Of a DNA stretch of 64,000 nt, positions 10,062 through 19,134 are shown piece after piece. The position numbers and the translations under genes are program-made. This DNA is from a virus. Its lineage: Duplodnaviria > Heunggongvirae > Uroviricota > Caudoviricetes. The notes under the pieces were generated by a model, which was not told the origin of the DNA, did not search any database, and worked only from the letters and a program-made list of their open reading frames with translations. Where the stretch lies: the IMG/VR virus record IMGVR_UViG_3300044712_000123; one strand, given 5' to 3'. Within the stretch, counting starts at the first letter, position 1. Each line of letters starts with the position of its first letter.

Positions 10062-10276
10062 GTCAATGAAAAAAGTACTGCATCTTCATGCTTTTCGAAA
10101 ATATAATACATGTCAAAGTTATATGGACTATCGTCAGCAAAATAACAATCCCACTTCCCGCCCCGAAAATCAAAGTGACTTTCGCACCATTGCTCGATGT
10201 GTTCAGTATCAGTATTTGGTAACTTGACAAATACTCGGTGAACTAAGTCTTTCATTGCCATTTCAGCACAAACCAT
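10052..10276 (-). CDS. small hypothetical protein (FxLxW family)
   Basis: FEKHEDAVLFSLTWQ. Confidence 0.7.
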   Translation of the reverse strand: MVCAEMAMKDLVHRVFVKLPNTDTEHIEQWCESHFDFRGGKWDCYFADDSPYNFDMYYIFEKHEDAVLFSLTWQ

Positions 10277-10506
10277 TCTAAGTCTTTTTTCTCACGGAAC
10301 CAAAACTTTGCATTGTTAGCATACCAACGGGCATTAGGTTCCCATACACCCATTTCTGCACTTGGGCCAAACACTTCTACACACCATTCTAGCATATTCT
10401 GCCAATTAGGTCCATTCAACACTCCGGGCACCCACCAATCAAGTATTGGTTTAGCGGTATAGTATCGAGATCCGTGTATGCGGCCTTCTGAAAGTTCTAG
10501 CTCCAT
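10252..10506 (-). CDS. small hypothetical protein (FxLxW family)
   Basis: FREKKDLEWFVLKWQ. Confidence 0.7.
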   Translation of the reverse strand: MELELSEGRIHGSRYYTAKPILDWWVPGVLNGPNWQNMLEWCVEVFGPSAEMGVWEPNARWYANNAKFWFREKKDLEWFVLKWQ

Positions 10507-11000
10507 CGTAGTAAAAACATCATGTAATCTTTTTCATCCTTGAAGGCAACGAATATATAGTCACCTCCACCCATGTCGTTAAATGTCCACTCATTACTAG
10601 TTGAAGGATACCTGATAACTCTGTGCATATCCATTCGACTCTTGAATCTCGCTGTTTTATCCATCCAATCATAGATATCATCGTCGCCGTATCTTATACC
10701 ACCTGGACCATAATCATATAGTAGGTCGTATGCGTAATGGTCCCTATTTTCAATACAATGGACAAACTTGTATCCTTGATAGAAATCTTTTACTCTGTTG
10801 GCGCAATAGGATACATCTGGGTCACGCATTCTACGATACACGGCCCATGACTTGTATCCACTCTTTTTTAGTTTACGTTCGGCTCTACTCTTTCTGCCAA
10901 AGGCTCTCAGGCGGCGTATATACCTCATTGATAACAACTGGTTTATGCCAACTATTATCAGGCTCCCAAATAAGGAAAAAAGTCGTGTAATCAATGTCAT
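10497..11000 (-). CDS. hypothetical protein (FxLxW family; start uncertain)
   Basis: FKDEKDYMMFLLRWS; TAG stop. Confidence 0.65.
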   Translation of the reverse strand: MTLITRLFSLFGSLIIVGINQLLSMRYIRRLRAFGRKSRAERKLKKSGYKSWAVYRRMRDPDVSYCANRVKDFYQGYKFVHCIENRDHYAYDLLYDYGPGGIRYGDDDIYDWMDKTARFKSRMDMHRVIRYPSTSNEWTFNDMGGGDYIFVAFKDEKDYMMFLLRWS

Positions 11001-11169
11001 GTTCTAACCAAACCTTAAAGTCATATTTGACTGTTTTTGTTTTTAAGTTTTTACCTATCTTGTTGTCATCAGCCAATTGGCGAAGTTTTTTGCTTATGGA
11101 TCCGCGAGTAAAGCCTGCAGCCATGCCACCAGCACCACTCGGGAGATGAAATTTAAGACATTTATCCAC
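10885..11169 (-). CDS. small hypothetical protein (FxLxW family)
   Basis: DYTTFFLIWE; TAG stop. Confidence 0.65.
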   Translation of the reverse strand: MDKCLKFHLPSGAGGMAAGFTRGSISKKLRQLADDNKIGKNLKTKTVKYDFKVWLEHDIDYTTFFLIWEPDNSWHKPVVINEVYTPPESLWQKE

Positions 11170-11491
11170 AGGCTAATTGAAAGAACATTGCGTCCTTCTC
11201 ATTCAAAAACCAGAACTCAACCCATTCGTCACACATCCTGCATGAGTACAGTTCCCCGTTTGCTAATCCAAAATGCTCAACGGCAAACGCACAGCTTTCG
11301 TTCCAAGTGTTCAACCTGTCACGAAATGTGTGTGGTTTGTGTATGTCTAATTGACTCTTGTAGGGGATGCGAACCACAAAGTCGTGGTTGTCATCAATAC
11401 CCCCCAGCTTTGAGGATTTCTTTGACGTTTCTGACACTTTCTGGATCTCGCTTAAATTTGATTGCCCATTGTTCTGGGTTGATGTAGTCAA
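11162..11491 (-). CDS. small hypothetical protein (FxLxW family; start uncertain)
   Basis: FLNEKDAMFFQL. Confidence 0.6.
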   Translation of the reverse strand: MTTSTQNNGQSNLSEIQKVSETSKKSSKLGGIDDNHDFVVRIPYKSQLDIHKPHTFRDRLNTWNESCAFAVEHFGLANGELYSCRMCDEWVEFWFLNEKDAMFFQLACG

Positions 11492-12098
11492 GAATCATTT
11501 TAACATGATCTGGATTTAGTGTATCTAGAAATTGGGTACCACTGTTGCTATGATACAACATCCAAGGGCTGATCTTGCCCACAGTGATAAGCTGAGTAAT
11601 ACGATTGACGTTACCATATCTTAGGTAGTCACGACCTTGTATTCCTTCTTTTGTTGCCCATTCAATTGTAGTCTCGACACTGCGGTGAAGTGCATCCATA
11701 GCATCTTCTGTTCTAAGGTACTCACATAGGTACTTGTTGTATGTTGAGTCAGTGCACCAGCTATCGATCTTGACTTGATTCTTCAACAACCATTCAGTGA
11801 AACGATTGATATTCAATGCGTTGATTTCAACACAGTATGCACCATACTTTACAAACGCAGTATAGTAGGCACTCTTAATGAATTCTTCATACGTCTTGTT
11901 CTTCTTGGAAGCTGTATTCTTTTTGTAGAACTCTAGCCAAGACTGAAAACCTATACGGTTACCGTGTCTATCTTTCTCAAGCCATCTGTGCTTATATTCA
12001 CAGATGTGCTTCAACATCGTGGTTTCTTTTACGAACTCCCTCTTGCAAAACTCACATCCATACTTCAATGGCTTGTCAGTTGCCTCGGTCTTTTTCAT
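11394..12098 (-). CDS. Zn-finger-containing hypothetical protein
   Basis: CEFCKREF..LKHIC motif; replication-gene context. Confidence 0.65.
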   Translation of the reverse strand: MKKTEATDKPLKYGCEFCKREFVKETTMLKHICEYKHRWLEKDRHGNRIGFQSWLEFYKKNTASKKNKTYEEFIKSAYYTAFVKYGAYCVEINALNINRFTEWLLKNQVKIDSWCTDSTYNKYLCEYLRTEDAMDALHRSVETTIEWATKEGIQGRDYLRYGNVNRITQLITVGKISPWMLYHSNSGTQFLDTLNPDHVKMILDYINPEQWAIKFKRDPESVRNVKEILKAGGY

Positions 12099-12669
12099 AT
12101 TGCTCGATTTCTTCGTCAGTAACAAGTCCACTCAATACCTCAATGTCTTCAATCTTCATGTCTGGGAATACTTTCGCAAAGTACATCTTACGCTTTTGGT
12201 CAGCTACGAATGCTTTGCTAATCTCTGTGATATCACCATCGCTTGCTTTGGGATAAATCTTTTTGTAATAATCTTTGATATCTTTCTGCACTGCAGGTTC
12301 TCTGAGCAATGAAACCTTCTCTTTGATCTGAGGGATCCACTGATGAAACTGTTTACCGATACCGGGACTTGCAGCACATAGCATCTGCCACTGTAGTTTA
12401 GGGTGCTTCTGTACGTATTCGTTGAACAAGTATTTGTTAGCATACTCGTTCGTACTCATTACGTAATACCGTGATGCACCTTCACTACCTTTGATAGCAC
12501 TCATCCACTTAATCATCATGAATGGTACAAACTTCTTTTGTTGTTCAGGACTGAGTCTATCGTAATAGCCATAGTCCTTCTTGTCAAGAGCAGCCAAGAC
12601 TTCGAACAAGTCTAGGTCTTGATCTTGAAATTTCTCATCTACTGGTACTGCTGGTTTTTTCGTTGCCAT
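12076..12669 (-). CDS. putative clamp-loader small subunit-like protein (gp62-like)
   Basis: KKFVPFMMIKWMS..ANKY..HPKLQW..KQFHQWI resembles gp62; recalled, not searched. Confidence 0.45.
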   Translation of the reverse strand: MATKKPAVPVDEKFQDQDLDLFEVLAALDKKDYGYYDRLSPEQQKKFVPFMMIKWMSAIKGSEGASRYYVMSTNEYANKYLFNEYVQKHPKLQWQMLCAASPGIGKQFHQWIPQIKEKVSLLREPAVQKDIKDYYKKIYPKASDGDITEISKAFVADQKRKMYFAKVFPDMKIEDIEVLSGLVTDEEIEQYEKDRGN

Positions 12670-12896
12670 TAATTTAATCCCGTAATCCAGTCGCTCTTGA
12701 TACCTTTTTCATAGTAATCTCTAGCACGACCTGAATAATACATTACTTCACCACACATTGTACACTTATATCTGTGTAAGTCAATATCTACACAAGTGCT
12801 TTCGGTGTAATATTTCCATTCTCCTACCATCTCACCGGAGTACCAGTCTTCTTCTTCTTCCCAGCGTGAAGTTTCTCTTTGATGATTGCAACTCAT
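12669..12896 (-). CDS. small Zn-ribbon protein
   Basis: CNH..CTMCG. Confidence 0.6.
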   Translation of the reverse strand: MSCNHQRETSRWEEEEDWYSGEMVGEWKYYTESTCVDIDLHRYKCTMCGEVMYYSGRARDYYEKGIKSDWITGLN

Positions 12897-12897
12897 A

Positions 12898-13398
12898 TTA
12901 AAACGCCTGACTATAATCTACGATTTCACAATTTCTACTAATCTCTTTAACAAAGTAAACACATCTAGGTTTGTCACCGTCATCGATTGGAACACATAAG
13001 AACTGTCCGTTCTTTAGTCGAGGTGCATACCAAGTAACATCGTGATAGATATCAACAATCTCGATAGGTAAAAATGATGGACTGAATGAACTTAGTGGGT
13101 TAAACTCAAAAGCATTGAATCCCCTATCATTGATACTTGTAAGAGGTAATGTCTCTAAGTCTCCGTGTTCTTTTTCACCAATCAGTATCTGCCAATCTAC
13201 TGGCATCTTGATTGTCTTCTCACCGATCTTTAGTACAAGAGCAGGAGCACTGAATGATTCTAAAAAGATTAAGGGAATGTAATGATAGTCTACGTTAGTT
13301 GGGTTAGAATTATCTAAGATAGCAAATCTAAGGTCATCAATCTCTTCCGGTAATGTCTCTAGATTGTAATAGTTGTTGTCGAGGGTTAATATACGCAT
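12898..13398 (-). CDS. conserved-type hypothetical protein
   Basis: 166-aa ORF; TATAAT 5 nt before ATG. Confidence 0.7.
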   Translation of the reverse strand: MRILTLDNNYYNLETLPEEIDDLRFAILDNSNPTNVDYHYIPLIFLESFSAPALVLKIGEKTIKMPVDWQILIGEKEHGDLETLPLTSINDRGFNAFEFNPLSSFSPSFLPIEIVDIYHDVTWYAPRLKNGQFLCVPIDDGDKPRCVYFVKEISRNCEIVDYSQAF

Positions 13399-13409
13399 AA
13401 TGTATTATA

Positions 13410-14897
13410 TCACTTATAGGTTAGCTTTTCAATGTCAAATGGATAGTTTGCATCTTTATAGTAGGTTTTTCTTTGCGTCAAGTGACGTTTAGCAAACTTA
13501 CATGAGCTAGTGATATCCCAAATCTGCACAAAATCTTTGTCTTCTGCTTTACGAATGCCTCGACCTATTGACTGGATAACACGGACAAACGATTTACCAG
13601 GCTCCAAAAGAACCAAGTTAAAGATACGAGGTATATTGATACCAACAGCAGCGACACCATACGTGGCGATAAAGACTTTGTTAGTCGCTGTAGCAAAGTC
13701 ATCATACTCTTCCCTACGTTCATTTAAGTTTGTTTCTCCTGATACGAATGCTACTTCTGGTTTATCTTTCAATAGACTAAAGATATTTGACAATCTACGT
13801 TGTAGTTCTTTGCCTGCACTGATTCTGTCTACAAGAATCAATGTGTTACCACTGTCTTTGACATCATTGATTAGTTTAGCGATTGCATCAAGTCGTTCGC
13901 TGTTCTCAGTTAGGTACTTCAACTCGCTTTGATAGTTACCAAACTCTACTTCGTCTTTCAACTGCACGATCTTAACGTGGCATTGTGCAAGTACACCTCT
14001 GTCTTGTAGTTCGCTTGCAGATAGACGACCAATGACCGGGCCTAATGAAACGAACAACGACATGAATTCAAACTTAGCCTTTGGAACTGTACCTGTCAAT
14101 CCCCAGCGAATAGGAACCTGAGCAAAAGGACCAGTTAACAATGCTTTCAGTGCATCAGCTTTAGCCATGTGTACTTCGTCAACCATAACACACACAACAC
14201 CTTCGATGAACTCACCAATTGGGATTTCTGCTTCTCCTGCTTTAGTGTTCTTCATCATGTTGTTCAATGATTGCCAAGTACAGATTGTATGAGTTCGTCC
14301 GGCTTCTTTACGGTCACCAAAATATACACCAACATCAAGGCCCAGGTTAATATAGTCAGCTTCCGTTTGGCGTACAAGGTCTTTATTAGGGACAATAACA
14401 ATCGATCTACCATACTTCTCCACGCTCAATGATAGTGCCGCAGTTGTCAACGTCTTACCTGCACCCGTTGCTACTTCTTGAATACACTGCGGATTTTCAA
14501 GAAACTTGTTAATGATATCAATCTGATAGTCACGCAACACAACAGGTTGACCTGCTGCCGGATGCTTTGCAGGCCATACTTTGTGTTTGAACGTCTCCTC
14601 AGACACCTTGTCAAATTCGAATGTTGTGCGATAGTCACGTTGGTCATCGAGGTCAATGTCATACCCTGCACGATCAAGTACAGGTAGAATTTCTTCAAGC
14701 AAGTTGATGTACGTGCTACCACCTAGGCTGAAATAGCTTGTTTTACCATTCCAACGTCCTAGTCTTACGCTTGGAAGATAACGTGCACCTGGCACATCAA
14801 ATTCAAACATCTTCATTAGAGCCTTGCGCTCTGATAGATCAAGTCCCTCAAGTTTTATGTTAACTTCGTCCCTGATTAGTAATTTACATTGTTTCAT
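13410..14897 (-). CDS. uvsW: SF2 DNA helicase (UvsW-like)
   Basis: LRDYQ, ATGAGKT, DEVH, TGT, QSIGRGIR. Confidence 0.88.
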   Translation of the reverse strand: MKQCKLLIRDEVNIKLEGLDLSERKALMKMFEFDVPGARYLPSVRLGRWNGKTSYFSLGGSTYINLLEEILPVLDRAGYDIDLDDQRDYRTTFEFDKVSEETFKHKVWPAKHPAAGQPVVLRDYQIDIINKFLENPQCIQEVATGAGKTLTTAALSLSVEKYGRSIVIVPNKDLVRQTEADYINLGLDVGVYFGDRKEAGRTHTICTWQSLNNMMKNTKAGEAEIPIGEFIEGVVCVMVDEVHMAKADALKALLTGPFAQVPIRWGLTGTVPKAKFEFMSLFVSLGPVIGRLSASELQDRGVLAQCHVKIVQLKDEVEFGNYQSELKYLTENSERLDAIAKLINDVKDSGNTLILVDRISAGKELQRRLSNIFSLLKDKPEVAFVSGETNLNERREEYDDFATATNKVFIATYGVAAVGINIPRIFNLVLLEPGKSFVRVIQSIGRGIRKAEDKDFVQIWDITSSCKFAKRHLTQRKTYYKDANYPFDIEKLTYK

Positions 14898-15898
14898 TTA
14901 ATATTGATTGGTTCTGAATTTACGATGTGAATTGTTTTACACACCTTTGCTGGGTCATATGCACTCTCAAACTTCCTCATGAACCTAATTGTCACTGGGA
15001 AGTTGTAGTCACCTATGGGTAGTAAACTAACGCTAGTGTTAGTGTCGCAGTATTGAATACCATTTGCCTCTAGTTCTCTCTTTAACTTTTCTCTAGTTGA
15101 GTTAGTAACAGAAGAACCTGATAGATACGCTATATCACATTGTATCTCCTTGAGCCAAGAAACCATAATGGTTAGGTGACTTTGCTCAATATACGTGATT
15201 TGCTCACATGCAAATCTATGCTTTGGACTAATGTTGATTGTTGCATCATCAAATGTAATACCTCGGCTAGATAGAATGGCTAGTGTCTCAATACTGTCAT
15301 CTAGTTTAAGATCACCAAGACTTTCATCTAACGCACTGTTTGATGCCACGATGAACCAGTTGCCGTTACGTTTGACTAGTGTGGGTTCCCAATACTTCAT
15401 CAACTCATACTCAGTCAGTGTTTCAATTATGTGTTGTGTGACTTCACATTTGTGTATGACTGGAAAGTATTTGTCAGCCGCGTTCAATACAAGTTTGAGG
15501 TTGCATGTGCTGTAAGGAGCTTTGTATTGTCTCTCCTCTTTGACCCAGGTAAAACTATTCAGTTCGATCTTTCTGAAAGAATCGATGAATGTTCTATTGA
15601 ATGGACACTTGAAATATATTGTGTCGTTGTCAATCTTTACATGACCCTCAGTGTATTGAGGACTAGATTCAACGACATTAACTGACCATGGCAAGTCAAC
15701 CAACTTGTCAACGAATAGTTCGTGTTTGGCAAACTGTCTTTGATATTTATGCAATAACGTATCTAGTAATACTACTTGATTGGTAGTTACTTGTTTTAAC
15801 GTTGCTATGTTATCAATAAACTTTTCGTCATATCTACTCATGTGGATATGACCCTTCATAAAGTGAAGTACTTGTTCGATTGTTTTAGGCTCTACCAT
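14894..15898 (-). CDS. hypothetical protein
   Basis: 334-aa ORF coupled to uvsW. Confidence 0.7.
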   Translation of the reverse strand: MVEPKTIEQVLHFMKGHIHMSRYDEKFIDNIATLKQVTTNQVVLLDTLLHKYQRQFAKHELFVDKLVDLPWSVNVVESSPQYTEGHVKIDNDTIYFKCPFNRTFIDSFRKIELNSFTWVKEERQYKAPYSTCNLKLVLNAADKYFPVIHKCEVTQHIIETLTEYELMKYWEPTLVKRNGNWFIVASNSALDESLGDLKLDDSIETLAILSSRGITFDDATINISPKHRFACEQITYIEQSHLTIMVSWLKEIQCDIAYLSGSSVTNSTREKLKRELEANGIQYCDTNTSVSLLPIGDYNFPVTIRFMRKFESAYDPAKVCKTIHIVNSEPINIK

Positions 15899-15943
15899 TG
15901 TTACATTATATTTAATCGCAACAGTAAAAGCAAATTATAAGGC

Positions 15944-15966
15944 AAAAAAGGGGGACCGAAGTCCCC
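15944..15966 (-). terminator. rho-independent terminator
   Basis: GGGGAC-TTCG-GTCCCC plus U-tract on minus strand. Confidence 0.85.
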
Positions 15967-15982
15967 TAAAATGCGTTACCAA

Positions 15983-16777
15983 TTAGTATTTTGTGCGACT
16001 GAAATCCCCTTCAAGTGGATCACTAACAGTGAAGTCACTTGGGATATCTTGTTCAGTGACACCGGGAGTCAAACCCTTACCCCCAAGTTGTCGCCATACA
16101 AACAAACGGTCAGCGTTTTCTTTCTGAATCCATTCATCCTTACGTTTTGCTTCATACATTGCAGGGAAGTCTGCGGCCCAAAGTTTAACTTCGTAACTGT
16201 AACTCTTAAACTCAGTGCCACCACCACCGCCACCGCCACCTGTACAGATAGTAGTGCGCTCAAAGTAACTACTACCCCAACCATCATGCATGTAAGGATC
16301 TTTCTTGTGCTTACTCATTGGTGGCTTAACTTTGATGTTGATACGACCACTCCAACCTGGGTAACCAGTAGGCTTACCTTTGTTGTAATCAGCGCGGGTA
16401 TCAAAGTTTTGAACACCTTTGCGAGGGCTAGAGTGGCTGTTACTCAGAGATTCACTCCAGCGCAAGTCAAGGATGCTCACATCGTGGTATTCGTGAAACG
16501 GAGCAGCCTCACCTTTACGATCCCAACGATAGAAGTCATTTTGTGCCCCGTTAGCCCAGAACCAGCGCCAGTTGTCTTTGATAAACTGGTTCAGTTCGGC
16601 AAGACTTTTAACTTGTCCCATCTTTTCAAGGAACAACTCACGCTCTGCTTCCATCTGCTCAACCTTCTTTTCAGCACGACGGGCACTTGCTAGTTTACGC
16701 AGGTGAGCTTGGTACTTCTTTTTGTCTTCAAAGATTTTACCGTCTGCGTCACTTTTGTATGCTTGGATAATACTCAT
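15983..16777 (-). CDS. hypothetical protein
   Basis: 264-aa ORF with Gly8 run. Confidence 0.7.
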   Translation of the reverse strand: MSIIQAYKSDADGKIFEDKKKYQAHLRKLASARRAEKKVEQMEAERELFLEKMGQVKSLAELNQFIKDNWRWFWANGAQNDFYRWDRKGEAAPFHEYHDVSILDLRWSESLSNSHSSPRKGVQNFDTRADYNKGKPTGYPGWSGRINIKVKPPMSKHKKDPYMHDGWGSSYFERTTICTGGGGGGGGTEFKSYSYEVKLWAADFPAMYEAKRKDEWIQKENADRLFVWRQLGGKGLTPGVTEQDIPSDFTVSDPLEGDFSRTKY

Positions 16778-17031
16778 TCTTCAACTCCAAAACGTTGTTT
16801 AATCCTGTCCTTGATAACTTGAGAAACATTGCCATTGATACCATCTTCACGAGTATACCAAACCTGTTCAATACATTCCTTGACAATCAACTCGGCGAAC
16901 TTTTCATAACTTATATGAATTCTGTCCCACAATATTGGATTGGGATTTGGATCAAAGGGCACATCGCCGGGGAAAGCCTCAGCAGCCAGCTCTTGTGCTC
17001 TTGCTCTGAGTTCTGCGATTCGTTCGTTCAT
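16774..17031 (-). CDS. small protein, MNER..KFAELIV family
   Basis: paralog of 18116, 25493, 63815. Confidence 0.7.
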   Translation of the reverse strand: MNERIAELRARAQELAAEAFPGDVPFDPNPNPILWDRIHISYEKFAELIVKECIEQVWYTREDGINGNVSQVIKDRIKQRFGVEE

Positions 17032-17195
17032 ACATTCTCCTCAACAACTTCACAATCAGTCCATTGGGTGTCTACAAAGTCCAAGGCTTCATCCTCGGTG
17101 TCGAAACAACCCAAGGCCCTGCCCAACCAACGCTCGGGACCAGTGCCATCTACGTCACCGCCCCATTCAACTTCTCTAACAACAAACTGGGTCAT
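17028..17195 (-). CDS. small acidic hypothetical protein
   Basis: GGAG RBS after early promoter. Confidence 0.6.
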   Translation of the reverse strand: MTQFVVREVEWGGDVDGTGPERWLGRALGCFDTEDEALDFVDTQWTDCEVVEENV

Positions 17196-17227
17196 AACAA
17201 CACTCCGTTTTCTCAATCTATACATGT

Positions 17228-17256
17228 ATTATATGCCCAAAACGATTTATTGTCAA
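17228..17256 (-). promoter_or_regulatory. sigma70-type early promoter (repeat family)
   Basis: TTGACA-ATAAATCGTTTTGGGCA-TATAAT, 17-bp spacer. Confidence 0.85.
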
Positions 17257-17293
17257 CCAAAAAAAAGTAGTACTAAAGTACTACTAATTTTTG

Positions 17294-17644
17294 TTAGTCT
17301 TTTAACGTATGCCAGGATGCCATTCGCTCGTTCTCAAACTTTTCATACTGATCTAGGATCACGCATGTAATCAAATACGTTACTGCTATACTATATCCAA
17401 AAGTGACTATCGTTTTAAAATTACTCACGCTTTCTGCGTTCGTATCACCAATAGACAAACCAACAGCACCTAGTAAAAATATCACGACCATACTAGTGAG
17501 GAACCAAGCAAAGAATCCTAGCCCACGATGATCTTGATATGTGTTCATGAATGTACGGTGTAGCTTCAAAGGAAGTCGAAACAATGTACGACATAATCGC
17601 TTGAACATCCAACCAATAAAATAGAAACCTGTTTTAACTTTCAT
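17294..17644 (-). CDS. membrane protein (2 TM)
   Basis: two hydrophobic segments. Confidence 0.65.
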   Translation of the reverse strand: MKVKTGFYFIGWMFKRLCRTLFRLPLKLHRTFMNTYQDHRGLGFFAWFLTSMVVIFLLGAVGLSIGDTNAESVSNFKTIVTFGYSIAVTYLITCVILDQYEKFENERMASWHTLKD

Positions 17645-17892
17645 TTGTAATCTTTCTTTAACATCCAGAATAAGACTTCACCTTGATCTAGTTTACAAAG
17701 GTCACCGCTGTATTTCTTTACAGGGCGAGTCGTTGGACTAGGATTTGCTAACATGATTTGCACAGTACCTTTACCTGAACTTGGATGTGCTTTTCCAAAT
17801 GCTTTTACTCGGTAGATGTTGTTGTGAAATACAACAAAGTCATCAATACTAAGTTCACGGTCAATCAAGTCTGTTGGATTTGTCATTGGCAC
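17641..17892 (-). CDS. small hypothetical protein
   Basis: 83-aa ORF. Confidence 0.65.
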   Translation of the reverse strand: MPMTNPTDLIDRELSIDDFVVFHNNIYRVKAFGKAHPSSGKGTVQIMLANPSPTTRPVKKYSGDLCKLDQGEVLFWMLKKDYK

Positions 17893-18119
17893 TTGACCCC
17901 TTTGCCAAACTCGTCCATTACTTGACGAGCTTGACCACGATCACCTACTACAAACTTATAACCATCAATACATCGCATTTCAGTCATGCCATTGACGCCC
18001 CAACTGATTGTATTACCCTGAGTTGTACCATTAGTCACACCCAGGACCATCAACCCAAGAGTGAGTACAAAGACAACTACAATCATCATTTCAATCAGAG
18101 TAAATCCACGCTGTTTCAT
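17883..18119 (-). CDS. type IV prepilin-like small protein
   Basis: MKQRG-FTLIEMMIVVVF class III signal peptide. Confidence 0.75.
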   Translation of the reverse strand: MKQRGFTLIEMMIVVVFVLTLGLMVLGVTNGTTQGNTISWGVNGMTEMRCIDGYKFVVGDRGQARQVMDEFGKGVKCQ

Positions 18120-18364
18120 TTTGCTCTCCATTCGGTTACGCCTTCTTCTTGACCAAAGCCCATGAATTCAGCAACATAGTCGCCTGCATATTCGCAACCT
18201 GCGTCCTGTCCCATATCAGCGGCATCAGCACACATACGGACGATTAACTCGGCAAACTTGTCTGCACTAAAGCGGGTTGTCTCATAGGGCATGTTGTTAG
18301 ACGGATCAATCGCAGTGTCCGGCACTTGAGCCTGTCTGTAAAGTTCTAGCATTCGTTCGTTCAT
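18116..18364 (-). CDS. small protein, MNER..KFAELIV family
   Basis: paralog motif DKFAELIVRMC. Confidence 0.7.
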   Translation of the reverse strand: MNERMLELYRQAQVPDTAIDPSNNMPYETTRFSADKFAELIVRMCADAADMGQDAGCEYAGDYVAEFMGFGQEEGVTEWRAK

Positions 18365-18395
18365 GTCAGACTCCGTTTAGTGATTCAATACAAGT

Positions 18396-18424
18396 ATTAT
18401 AGCACCATATCCATTTATTGTCAA
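18396..18424 (-). promoter_or_regulatory. sigma70-type early promoter
   Basis: TTGACA-N17-TATAAT. Confidence 0.8.
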
Positions 18425-18444
18425 ATTTCGGCATAAATAAAAGT

Positions 18445-18513
18445 GAGGGTCACGATGCTACCAACATCTACCCTCTCTAATGCTAAAGTATTACATTTAG
18501 GAGCACCAGCATG
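18445..18513 (+). promoter_or_regulatory. structured 5' leader of GIY-YIG gene (copy 1)
   Basis: GAGGGT/ACCCTC and GATG/CATC stems, then TCTAATGCTA..AGGAGCACCAGC-ATG; ATAAATA at 18433. Confidence 0.6.
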
Positions 18514-19134
18514 AATATTTATACCAGAAAGAATCCTCCCTCAGGGTTCTATGTTTACGCATACTTGCGTCAAGACAACACACCTTATTACATCGGAAAA
18601 GGTCACAACATCCGAGCATGGAATCAGCACGATAAAGGTATACATCCACCCAAGGACCAGACAAAGATTGTCATAATTGAATCCAACTTGACTGACATAG
18701 GAGCGTTAGCACTTGAAAGAAGAATGATTCGTTGGTATGGTCGCAAAGATACGAATACCGGAATTCTCAGGAACTTGACTGATGGTGGCGATGGTTCTGC
18801 TGGATATGTTCCGACAGAGGAAACAAGAATTAAAATAAGTGTAGCAGGTAAAGGCAGAAAATTAAAACCTAGAACTAAAGAGCACAGTGAAGCATTGAGT
18901 AAATCATTGACTGGTAGGAAGTTAAGTGAGGACCATGTCTCTAAAATCAAAGAAAGACCTGCTTGGAATAAAGGACTAATCGGACACTACATACAATCTG
19001 AGGAATCAAACGAAAAAAGGTCTGAGGCCCTTAAAGGAAGAATTCCTTGGAATAAGGGAAAGTCCCCGAGTAAGGAGACTTTGGAAAAGCAAAGATTAGC
19101 GAGATTAAGAAACGGGCAAAGCCCGAAATCTTAA
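18511..19134 (+). CDS. GIY-YIG homing endonuclease with NUMOD3-like repeats
   Basis: FYVYAY..PYYIGKG, LRNLTDGGDG, PWNKG repeats. Confidence 0.85.
   Translation: MNIYTRKNPPSGFYVYAYLRQDNTPYYIGKGHNIRAWNQHDKGIHPPKDQTKIVIIESNLTDIGALALERRMIRWYGRKDTNTGILRNLTDGGDGSAGYVPTEETRIKISVAGKGRKLKPRTKEHSEALSKSLTGRKLSEDHVSKIKERPAWNKGLIGHYIQSEESNEKRSEALKGRIPWNKGKSPSKETLEKQRLARLRNGQSPKS

Noticed and set aside
16217-16240. CCA/CCG repeat run
   Set aside because: Simply encodes a Gly8 stretch
15971-16693. Long plus-strand ORFs such as this one and 21550-22248, 23131-23724, 55577-56149
   Set aside because: Antisense shadows of well-supported minus-strand genes, without motifs or RBS
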